A stretch of 64,000 nt of DNA, taken from Tubulanus polymorphus. Lineage: Eukaryota > Animalia > Nemertea. The notes below the pieces were generated by a model. The model ran no database searches. It was not told the origin of the DNA and saw only the letters and a list, made by a program, of their open reading frames with translations. The stretch lies in NCBI RefSeq assembly GCF_964204645.1, contig NC_134025.1:3534001-3598000 (forward strand), read 5' to 3'. Position numbers and translations under genes: made by a program. Positions 12,015 through 22,900 of the stretch are shown here, one piece after another (position 1 is the first letter of the stretch; the number at the start of each line of letters is the position of its first letter).

Positions 12015-13032
12015 ATGGCTGCGCCCATAGACGACGACGATCTGGACATTTTTAAAGATTTAATAGATGTAGAGTCAAGGTAGAATATTCCTACTGTTAA
12101 TAATCTTTATAACTAACTCTTACAAATCATATTGAACGCGTTTTCTTCTCTCTTGATTTGAAGAATGCAAAACAAGAACCTTCATGTGAAAATATTCTGA
12201 CATATGTTATGTTACAATTACATATATATCTATCTGATCTACACTTTAATAAATTAATCTTTTCACAGATTCCAGAGTGAAGGTTTTGAAAAAGGTTTCG
12301 AAGCTGGAAAGGAAAGTGGTTTCATGGAAGGCTTTAACGCCGGAGTAGAGCAAGGAAGGTCTATTGGTTCAGAGGTTTGTATCTAGTCTAGTACTAGCCG
12401 TCGTTCTACAAACAGCGTCTACTAGGGGTTAACCTCTATATGATACTTTAGCGTCAGACATTGTAGGGAACCGTAACAACGTCTGGTATTCAGACTAGTT
12501 TGTATCCACCATATTACTACGTGACCATATGCTGAGGAGTTTGTCTAATCTGGTGATACTGCTTTACTATATGGTCTGCATCATTAATAATCCCAACCTT
12601 AATGTGCTTTAGATTGGATTTTACAATGGATTCACCAAGCGACTTTTAACTGCATTCAGCGCAGATAAACTGGATAATGAAGACAAAAAATACAAACGGT
12701 AAGAACATCTATTGAACAAAAACTGATAGTCCCAAATAATGCTCTAGATATGTAGCATTTTACTTTTTTCAGGAAAGTCAAAGCCCTGACTTCGTTTCAG
12801 AAAATGTTGATGGATTTTGATATGGAGAATACCAAATCTGAGAATTTTTCTGAAGACCTTGAAAGCATTCGTGCCAAGTTTAAACAGGTGAGGTATAGCT
12901 AGCTGGATCTTTTAGATCACTTAATTTTGTGCAAAATTTCCAGCTTTAACCAAAGCTTTCTTTGAATTGCAGGTGTGTTCATTGATGAAGGCAAGTTCCA
13001 GTGCTCAAGATAATGCCGGCTTACAATTCTGA
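12015..13032 (+). CDS. LTO1: LTO1/ORAOV1 (Fe-S maturation adaptor for ABCE1), 5 exons
   Basis: Manual splicing gives MAAPIDDDDLDIFKDLIDVESR|FQSEGFEKGFEAGKESGFMEGFNAGVEQGRSIGSE|IGFYNGF...|...DLESIRAKFKQ|VCSLMK...GLQF*. The GX3 repeat array and IRAKFKQ are typical of LTO1. The gene is absent from the ORF track because the exons are short. Confidence 0.88.
12384..12497. mobile_element. MITE with 9-bp TSD at the LTO1 intron-2 donor
   Basis: TIRs TAGTCTAGTACTAGCCGTCGTT / AACAACGTCTGGTATTCAGACTA. Direct repeat GTTTGTATC at 12375-12383 and 12498-12506. The same right end recurs at ~52831-52853. Confidence 0.8.
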
Positions 13033-14003
13033 AGTGCCCTTTACATGTATTGTGGATTAAACTTGCCAAATTTTCACACAGTGACTATGCGTTTACGGTC
13101 ATACAGTCAGTCCTAAATGAACTAATGATTGTCACACTCAAGGTGTTGGAAATCATATACGCAGACTGTCATATCTTAGATATCGGGTACTCTATGAACT
13201 GAAATAAAGGCTATTAAGCATGATTAGATTTAGCGTTCATTTTAAGGATTGCTGATTGATGAAAACTTCTGTCTTAAGCAAACCCTGATATTTCGTGTTG
13301 CCTCTCACCTCGCAGAGTTCCGATAACAAATACCACAATTAATTAAAACTAAGAATATCGATAATATTTTATTAGACATATAAAAGCCAAAAACACCATC
13401 TCAACATTAATATACACTTTTAAAAGTATAACAGCAACTCTGAAACAAATCCGCTTTAAATCGTGAATACCCGTAATTTTGAAATACCAGTTTAAATACC
13501 AATCAATCTAGGCAGGCTGAGATCAAGTGGGTCGTATTATTATCAACCGCAATCCCTGAGAATAATAAATATATACCAATAAAGCCAATATCAATACCGG
13601 CATTTATTCAGAATTGCCACACTATGCTAATTATTATAGACATTTTGCAAACTATATCCTATTATTGCTTATTAAAGATGACAATGATTAATACGGTATA
13701 CATGTTACATGACTTTATGATTTACTTGTAAATATATCTAACTAAACGTGAACAAATGTGTATATAAAATGAGTATTATTACCACTCCAGTTAAATTAAA
13801 GTTGTTGATTATGACATTATAAAAATAAACAGTGAGTTGTTTAAAAAGCCTATGGATGCACAACATAGGCAGGGAATTTTAATTTGCACAGTACAGAACT
13901 ACTTTGTATTATGCTCAATGATCCATATTTTTTCAATGAAAGGTTCATCTATTTTCATGAGTCGAATAATCGAAGAATATCTCTTAAATTATGAAATCTC
14001 TAG

Positions 14004-15935
14004 TTACATTCGATCAGCAGTAATTTCCTCTCTCTCAGTCGATTCGTGTCCTCTTAAATGTTCTGCATCGTTCAAAATCAAACACGTGGCTCTTGTCTTA
14101 TCCAATTCGGCATCGGACGTGCTTATCAAAAACTTCGACACGGCAGTGTTAGGTATACGCCATCTACCTTTTATTCTGGAGCCGTCGGCAAGTTTACAAT
14201 CAAGACCTGACTGTAGATACTTTATCAATTGACGTATAAAACCGCCGTGCGTTACGACTAATGCTTCACCGACTAACGGCGGGATGTACTCGCTATCATC
14301 GAAACTATTCCGACCGGAACTGATACGAGACATGCGAGTAACACGCTGTTCTACGAGCGGTGATAAAGAGACATTCGGGAAAGCAGCTCCCTCTACAACG
14401 GCAGCGTTCAAATTCTTCAGATCCGTATCGCAAAGACTTTTAGGTGGGATATTCACAGGCACTGATATATCTTCTGGATTAATGTCAGTCTGAAGTGGTT
14501 CGATAGCTCCATTACAATTCAAGGTTGAGGTACTATCTGCATTCTGGTTTTTCAAATCGGCCGCATCAGTAAAGACACTTTCAGGACTGCTACTGTAATT
14601 CAGTGAATTTACAATTCTCGTCTGCTTCACGCACAGAACAGGTTCTACATTAGGATCGGTTTTTAGCTTCAGTTTGACCATTTCTTTACATAAATCATGG
14701 AAGAACTGCATGGCTCTTTGTTTCAACTGTAATTAAAACATACATCATGTGTAACTTCATTGAACATAAGACATTAATAATAGGAGGAAGTGGAAATTTT
14801 GCCAATATGGCATTATTCTTGTAAATTCTAATTAACCATACATTTTTGCAATAAGGGTTAGAAAATGAGGTTGATTAATGTTCTAGGACCAGGATTAAAG
14901 TTAAGGTTAGATTAAGGGTCAAGTGAAGGTTTAGGGTTTGAGGTTAGGATAACAGTTAGGGATAGCGTTAGGTTGAGGGCTTCCAACAGTTAAAATCGTC
15001 ATGATTTTGGCTAAGGTTATTGTAGGTTGCACTAACACACAGTAGGGGGTCAGTTCAAATCCCAATTTTTGAGTTGACAGATTTCTCTTTGATACTTTTT
15101 GAATAGTAACGAATTCGAATAGTCCAGTACATTAGTACATATGCCCAACCCGTAACCAATCGGAATGAGCTATAGGCTTAAAGCATTTACAGGAATAATG
15201 TTGCTTCCTAATTCATGTGTTAACGCTTAAGTTACCTGTTCAATAGATTCTCCTTCAGGAGGATTCCACTGATCAAGTCCTAGCTTTTCTGTCTTCATCG
15301 CTTTTTCCAGTGCAATTCTTGTTTTCCCTTCATAAACTCCATAATTCTATAGATTAAACCAAATGTATCTATCTATTTTGACAAAATCACAACACAACTG
15401 TGAATAAATAATCTAGGGGATAAAACTTACTCTTTCACGAATCCGAATATCTTGCTGAATAGGCAGATTTCTAGCTATTTTGTTAGTTTCTCTAATAACC
15501 TCAGCTGTCTGTAACAGAAAATATATTATATTACGATACAAGTGTACATAACACATGCAATATTAGGTATTTAACATGAACAACTTCACCTTAAGAGCAC
15601 GTTGCAGATCACTTGAATAGATATGAGAGAACTTTTCATCCTTTAAACGATTACCGGCTAATTGCGCCTGAGCTATACCCACATCGGACAAATGTACATC
15701 TGATTGCCCTACAAAAAAAATTGTTCTAGTTTAGTAAACCTGATCATAAATATGATATAATCACAAGCTTTTTCTTTCTCACCTTGAATAATTCCGTCTC
15801 TGTTTGCAGGAGTTTCCCCACTGCAAGAAGATAGTATTGTATAGTTCTTAAATAAGCAATAACAGAAAAATAATAAAAGATATTCACTGTCTACTTTACT
15901 TACTGTCGGACTAGAGTTAACGTGAAAACAATCAT
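14004..15935 (-). CDS. TIGAR: TIGAR-like fructose-2,6-bisphosphatase (histidine phosphatase / PGAM family)
   Basis: Start MIVFTLTLVRH|GETPANRDGIIQG. Later exons carry YSSDLQRALK, RIRER-NYGVYEG, PPEGES, LVVTHGG, IPNTAVSKF and LNDAEHL. Confidence 0.88.
14852..14980 (+). repeat. Degenerate (TTAGGG)-like array in a TIGAR intron
   Basis: TAAGGGTTAG...TTAAGGTTAG...TTTAGGGTTTGAGGTTAGG...GTTAGGG...GTTAGGTTGAGGG with roughly 6-nt periodicity. Confidence 0.55.
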
Positions 15936-16792
15936 GCTATAGAAGACAGCGGCTTCCAGTTTAAGAAAATTGGTATCTTTAGGAGTCAGAACTGATATCG
16001 AAATCCTGCAAAAAATATGACACAATAGGAAATACGCTAAATTTTGGTAAAACTATGTAGGGGTGGATCCAGCTTACCGCTACTACTGCTTGAGCCGTAC
16101 TCGCAATTCCCTTCTATTTTTCAGGTTCTGGTTTTATATCAATTTAAGATGGCCAAATTTGAATAATCGAAAATGGGTAGGGCCTAAGCTTCTTATTTCT
16201 AATAGGTGAATAATTCTTTAATAGGAAGTCAAACTCAGCCAATCAGAGATGATATACGGTAAAATAACTTTTTTTTGGACCGTAACCACTTCCTTTTTTT
16301 AAACATGTCAAAATGTCATATCTGGATACAGAGATAGACTTTATGCCCCAAATTGACTCAGATTGCATCGAAGAGGCCTAAAAATTCAAGATATTCTATG
16401 ACATAGACCTAATAATGACATAGGTGCCCTTCCACTGGCAGAAGAGTATTCAACTCAAAAAAGACAAAATATCTTGATTGTTCATTTCATAATTCACAGC
16501 GTCATGGAGGAGATCTAACATTTTATCTTATCGGGATACTCACTATACTGCTAATTGAAGAGGATCTTCATTAGCAAAATTAATTAGTATGAAAATTATT
16601 CTTTGCAAAACTGCGCTACGACCTTGGGATTTGTAATCGGAATGTACGTAAAACACGGAAGGAGAGACTTACACTCCTAGTCCAAACCAAGTCCGATTTC
16701 GTCTTTTTTATCTCACGGTTAATTTGTTACAGGTGCGACGCTACAATTTTATTTTGTTCTTTTAAAGAGCTCCACACTGCGGTCTATCAACC

Positions 16793-19700
16793 ATGGCTGA
16801 GTTAAACCACCATGAAACTGCTGAAGTTTCACCAGATGATAAAAAGAAAGCCAGTGAATTCAAAGAAAAAGCGAATGAATTATTCAAAAGTAAAATTTCA
16901 ATATATTTCTTTCAATTCTATATCGCCAACAAGTAGTAGACTCACTCACAAAAAAAGTTTTTCACTTGCGGACTGCTCTTTTCTCTCTCCTGCCTCTGGG
17001 TGTAGTCAGTAACACAGGTGCTCGTATCAGAGTTGTAGGTAATGTAAAAACGATAATCTGTTGATCCTATGTCTATAGTATATACATAGACATAGGATTA
17101 ACAGATTATCGTTTTTACATTCAACTCTGATACGAGCCTGTGGTCAGTAACCTGTCTGTGGTTTAGTTTCACGATCGGATATTTTCACAAACCACATGGT
17201 ATAAGCCCATCCGATTATAAAAAGCTTACCACCAACGTTTAGGTAACTAATTACCTCTGGTTGTAAAATATTCCAGACCCAGGCGTAGCCTTGGAGCCTT
17301 GAGACGCCCTGCTTGTATGTGACTCAACTGTCATTCACAATCAGACATATTTTAATGAATGAACTTCTTGTTCATTATTAATGATTCAATTCATGTTATC
17401 TTATATTTTCAGAACAAGATTACGATAAAGCAATTGACTTCTATACTAATGCTATTGAAATTGATGCAACTGAAGCGGCTTACTTCTCAAACCGCAGTTT
17501 TGCGTATTTAAAAATAGAATGTTTTGGTTATGCGCTTCAAGATGCCAATTCGGCTTTAGAAATAGATCCAAAATATGTGAAGGTATTAATACGAGTAAAC
17601 CAATGTGAAGCAGTTGGTTTAACTTGAACTTGAAATAGTTTTATATTTTAATTACAGGCTTATTATCGACGAGCTTCTGCTAATATGGCTCTCGGAAAAT
17701 TTAAACTGGCACTAAAAGATTTTGAATCGGTAAGCGTAGGTCCTGAAAGGTGTAATATCGAGTTATGGGAATTGTTCTGTTTTCTTGATAATATTTGAAT
17801 AAATTTCAGGTTACAAAATGTCGTCCTAATGATAAGGACGCTCGGACCAAATATCTAGAATGTAAGAAAATAGTTACGCGTATCGCATTTGAAAAAGCTA
17901 TTTCCGTTGATGATAAACAAGTTAGCATCGTTGAAAAACTCGACTTAGACTCAATGAGTATGTGTCCTTCGGATTTCTTCTTGTCGACTTCTCTGACATT
18001 CTGATCAATGTAGTATAAATATCGGTATTTCAGCCATCGAGGATGAGTATAAGGGACCAAAACTTGAAGACGGCAAAGTCACTTTACAGTTCATGAAAGA
18101 TCTCATGGAAACTTATAAGAAACAAGAAAAACTTCATAGAAAATATGCTTATCAGGTAGATATATTCCATGCATTTCGATTCTGATGAACAGTATTAGGA
18201 TTAATTTGAATATTTGCCTAACGTTTTATTGTAGATTTTGGTTGACGTGAAAAAATTATTCATGGAACTTCCAAGTCTTGTTGAAATCAAGGTTCCCGAA
18301 GTATGTCATAGTTATGGATTGGATGATATTTGAAAACAAGCCATTTCTTTTATAATTCGTCCAATGTGCCCCTTTTGTCTATGCATTTCTATTTTTTTTA
18401 CAGGAGAAAAAGTTCACAGTTTGCGGAGACATTCATGGTCAGTTTTATGATTTGATGAATATATTTGAACTCAATGGTCTACCATCGGAAGAAAATCCTT
18501 ACGTATCCTTTTCTATAGAATTGACCAAAATGCGACTGAATACTGTAAATGAAATATCCGTTCTTTAACAATTGCAAAGTTATTTAATGGTGATTTTGTT
18601 GACCGCGGATCGTTTTCAGTTGAATGTATATTTACATTATTTGGATTTCGTTTGCTCTATCCGAACCATTTCTTCATGTCCAGAGGTTTGTGGATTCTAC
18701 TCTTAGTGATGGCCGATTCATCGATTATTAGCGAAAGATTGTTTATTTCACGATGTGTTGCTTTCTCATTGGTACAGGAAATCATGAAAGTTCAACAATG
18801 AACAAAATGTATGGCTTTGAAGGTGAAGTGAAATCAAAGTATAACGCACAGATGATCGATTTGTTTACCGAGGTTTACAATTGGCTTCCATTATGCCATA
18901 CAATCAATAATAAGGTCATGGTATGTACCTGGTAATCTTTAAACCATTCTGAAATAAACTTAGCTTCTCCCTGTCACAATATTACATATATTCTGCCCCA
19001 GTACTCTGGTGGAATATTTTACCTAGTCCAGTTAGATCTAGTCATTCAATCGGTGTTTTTAAATCTAAGCTGAAACTCCTTTTAGATTTCTATGTTCTCT
19101 TATGATGTAAAGCCAATTAGCATATTTTATATGGATTTTAGGCTGAATAAATTATCATTAATTATTATTATCATATAGTGCGTATATGATGTGTTTTATA
19201 GGTAATGCATGGCGGTTTGTTCAGCGATAGTGAATTAACTCTCGATACTCTAAAGAAAATTGATCGTAATCGACAACCTCCTGACAGTGGTATGTTTAAT
19301 AGTATTCACAGATATGTAGAAGAAAAATGAATTCAGTGTAATATCATTAACTTGAAGCTTGAATTGTTGAAATACACTTTTTGAAAATTTTACTTACTCC
19401 AGGCCCAATGTGTGAGCTGTTATGGTCAGATCCTCAACCCCAGTGTGGCTTGGCCCCAAGTAAAAGGGGGATAGGTGTACATTTCGGTCCAGATGTAACG
19501 GAGAATTTCTTAAAACGGAATAATCTAGACTACGTTATACGAAGCCACGAAGTCAGGCAGAAAGGATATGAAGTTGCTCATAATGGGAAATGTATAACTG
19601 TGTTTTCTGCACCAAATTACTGGTAAAGACTTGACAGATAATTGAAAAAAATGTGTTTTAACTGACCGAGATATAGGCCTAATCATGTGTGCTTTATATT

Positions 19701-19930
19701 TTCAGTGATATGATGGGCAATGAAGGTGCATTCATTACTTTGTACGGCCATGATCTTACACCCAAGTTCACAACATATAAGGAAGTGGTGAGTAATTACA
19801 TAATCATCTCATGATTGAATGAAATCCCACTCACAGCTCATTATCATTCGAGTTTTCCCTTCTTTTTCAGCCTCATCCAAATGTAAGACCGATGGCTTAT
19901 GCCAACTCCATCATGTCGATGCTCGCGTGA
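16793..19930 (+). CDS. PPP5C: Serine/threonine-protein phosphatase 5 (TPR + PPP domain)
   Basis: TPR exons ([42 protein letters not shown]). Catalytic motifs GDIHGQ, GDFVDRG, RGNHE, HGG, WSDP, RSHE and SAPNYC. Ends [19 protein letters not shown]. Confidence 0.97.
17013..17142. mobile_element. Palindromic MITE with 8-bp TSD (hAT-like) in PPP5C intron 1
   Basis: Near-perfect ~55-60-bp arms CACAGG..GCTCGTATCAGAGTTG...GATCCTATGTCTAT / ATAGACATAGGATT...CAACTCTGATACGAGCCTGTG. GTCAGTAA is duplicated at 17005-17012 and 17143-17150. Confidence 0.85.
18503..18579 (+). other. U12-type (minor spliceosome) GT-AG intron in PPP5C
   Basis: Donor GTATCCTTTT, branch TTCTTTAAC about 10 nt before the AG, and no polypyrimidine tract. 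Splicing restores ENPY|[10 protein letters not shown]. Confidence 0.9.
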
Positions 19931-22900
19931 GAGTAACTGTTATTTATAACATGAATATAATGAATTAACTTCGGTAAACATCGTTGAAATGAAACACTGT
20001 GGGAGTACTGTTTACAATCATTGTCAAAGTGAACATGGAATTTGCATGGATACAGCTGTGCTGTTTCTTGGATTAGCGAGAATTATTTTGTTCTTCTACC
20101 TAAAGAATGGAATACACGATTTTCGACTAGTTTAAATGACAAGTGATGCTGGTCATGTCTGTCTACCAATGGATGAAGAGTGGCTCTTGTTTAATACGTA
20201 GGAAACAAGTGGCTGTTGCCATTATATGAATTATCTAGATCCCATAAGAATGTATTTTTTGTTACCCGCTATCAATAAAAATGTCGTAAGAGAAAGCGTG
20301 GTACTTCGATTCAAATTCGATCAATGAATTTGTAGAAAAAATGGAAGTCGTTTTTACAAAATTTTTGTTGACTATTTTAAGACGAATTAACAATAATAAT
20401 AGCAAGTCTACTGTTACTGCCAAAAAGTATTTTTGCTTTTATGGTTTTGCTTTGGTCTTTTATTGAGGCTTGTACTAGTCAAGATCAGTAAGTTTACTCC
20501 TTGATTTCGATCTAATCTGGCCTATGTATAATAATTCGAGCTGATTTCAATTCATTAGTCCCAAATGATCTGAATTGAACTTGTTCCCCTGTATTATATA
20601 GCAATCAGATGATGGAAGTCAAATTTATCCACTGAAACTATTCTCAGCTCAAGTTGGATGTTTTGGGACTGTATAAGTGTCCGGCTTAGTGGTATCCCAG
20701 TTTGATGGCTATGTTGTATAGTCACAAAAATATTTCTACAAATATCCAAGTTGAACAGTTATCCCTGTTAATTGGATCCAAGTGGCGCAGTCGACTGTCA
20801 TTTTCCTCATTAAGCAAGGCAATGTTGAAGGTGAAGTTTCTTGGAAAGTTAGTTAAACTACTCTGCTGGCTGCTTTTAGCATAAATCCATTGGACAGCTT
20901 AAAATCTACTGCTGCATTAAAATCGATGCAACCTTCATTGTATGTATTGGGAACACAATTCATACTTCATTCAAGAGAGAAGAACAAGACGTCCTTAGAG
21001 GCTGATTGGATAACAAATCAACACATGACAAACTAGGCATTTTGTAAGGATAGTATCCTTTATTTTTCATCTTACAAGAATCTTACACATGGTTCATTCG
21101 TAACAACATTCAAACCAGTTCCACTCCAGTATCTATAATAATCAACACGGTAAGCAAGGCGCACCGCGTTGTTTTATAACATTCGTTCAAATGTAGAAAA
21201 GACTGGGTCGAGACAGAATTCATACTATTAACAGACAACAACTAAAAATCTTCTTTTTTGAGACCTCAAACAGGAATGCTAATTGGTTAAAGACCGGAAT
21301 AAAATGCGATGAAATTATTGCTTTTTTAAAGAGATTCTGCATGCTTAGCCACTGTTGGATTTCAATTAATATCAACATTTTCAATATTACTTGCTGTTCA
21401 TTCCTGCATGATGACAAACGCAATGCTATTTATTGCACATGGAACTATCGATAAATTGGCTTTGTAAGGGGAAACCAATCCTTCTAACAGTTACACCGCC
21501 TACGTAGCTTCTGACCCACTCCTTTCTACATCTCACTTCATAACCAAAGTATAACTAACCAAAGTATAAAAAATAAATGAAAAATTACCCCTGGTAGGTT
21601 GAAAACAGTTGACCGATATTATTTCATTTATGTATTCAAACAATTTTAATTTGTTAGCATATTCTGTAACTGAAAATCTACGACCAAAAATATCAGTGAT
21701 TAGACTTCCGACCAAGTCAAGGTGTCAAATCAGTGAAATCAATTTCTCAAACCGGTTTTAGTTCAACAAATAGAATTAAGACCAGAAATTTCGGTGAATT
21801 CCATTCCATCAATAAGTGGAATATCAATGATACTGGTTTTAAAAAATATTCTCTTCATATTGAAACTGGTCTTGTACTTTTCAAGCATTTCTTAACAAAG
21901 TGGAATATGATGATGACGAGTTCATGAACAGTACTCTGTATCATTTTACACATTTCACTCAACATCGATACCAACAATGTATAGAACCATTTCATACAAA
22001 ATATCACAATCTATTCTACCTAAGACGAGTTCTTTTTTACCCTTTTATTAACTGTGAACACTGTATTGAAGAACTTCGTACTTAGGATCGCACTTTTCAT
22101 ATCGAGATCATCTTGTTCAACATTAGCACCCATACATACCATAACACGGCATGATTTACCTCTCGGCCAAACTAAAACTTGGCTTTAACCCAATACATCC
22201 TTGGCCTCAACAACTGTTCTCAACCCATGATGAATATATAGCAATCCAAAAATCAAGGCAACACTGGTCACAGGACTTTTAAGAGAAAACTTTTCGTGAA
22301 GCGGTGAAAAAGAATTACCATTATCATTTAATATAATTATCATCATCATAATTACCATTATCATAATTATTACAATTCATAAATCATAGATTCACTCACC
22401 TCAAAATTTTTTATCATTATAATTTCACTCATACTTAAACATGCCCACAACATTCAATTATTTCCCCGATAAGAGTGCCTAAAGCCTAGCTATATCAGTT
22501 GTGAGTCAACTCTCATGTAAAGACTAATGCAATACGTGATAGTAATTCAATGTTTTCGAACAGGTTCATCAAAAATTTAAAATCCACACAGTCTTTCACA
22601 ATATAATGTTAATTATCATTTAATACGAATGACATATTTAGTGCCACAATGAAACCTCCCAACATATAATAATAGTATAGTAATAATCCCCCGAATTCAA
22701 TAAAATATAATAGTATATCAGTATTTACGAATCATTTCATTATCAATATCGTAATTATATCAACATCGTCATCATTTATCGTTACTTTCGACAAAAAAGT
22801 TGCTTGCAAGTGCCAAAAACTGCCCAATAGTTTTTTTTTTCAACCATTATTTAAATAGTGCCAAATATATTTATAATCGGTATTTATACCACGAAAGCTA

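Noticed and set aside
13837-14493. Plus-strand ORFs overlapping TIGAR
   Set aside because: Antisense shadows of the real coding exon.
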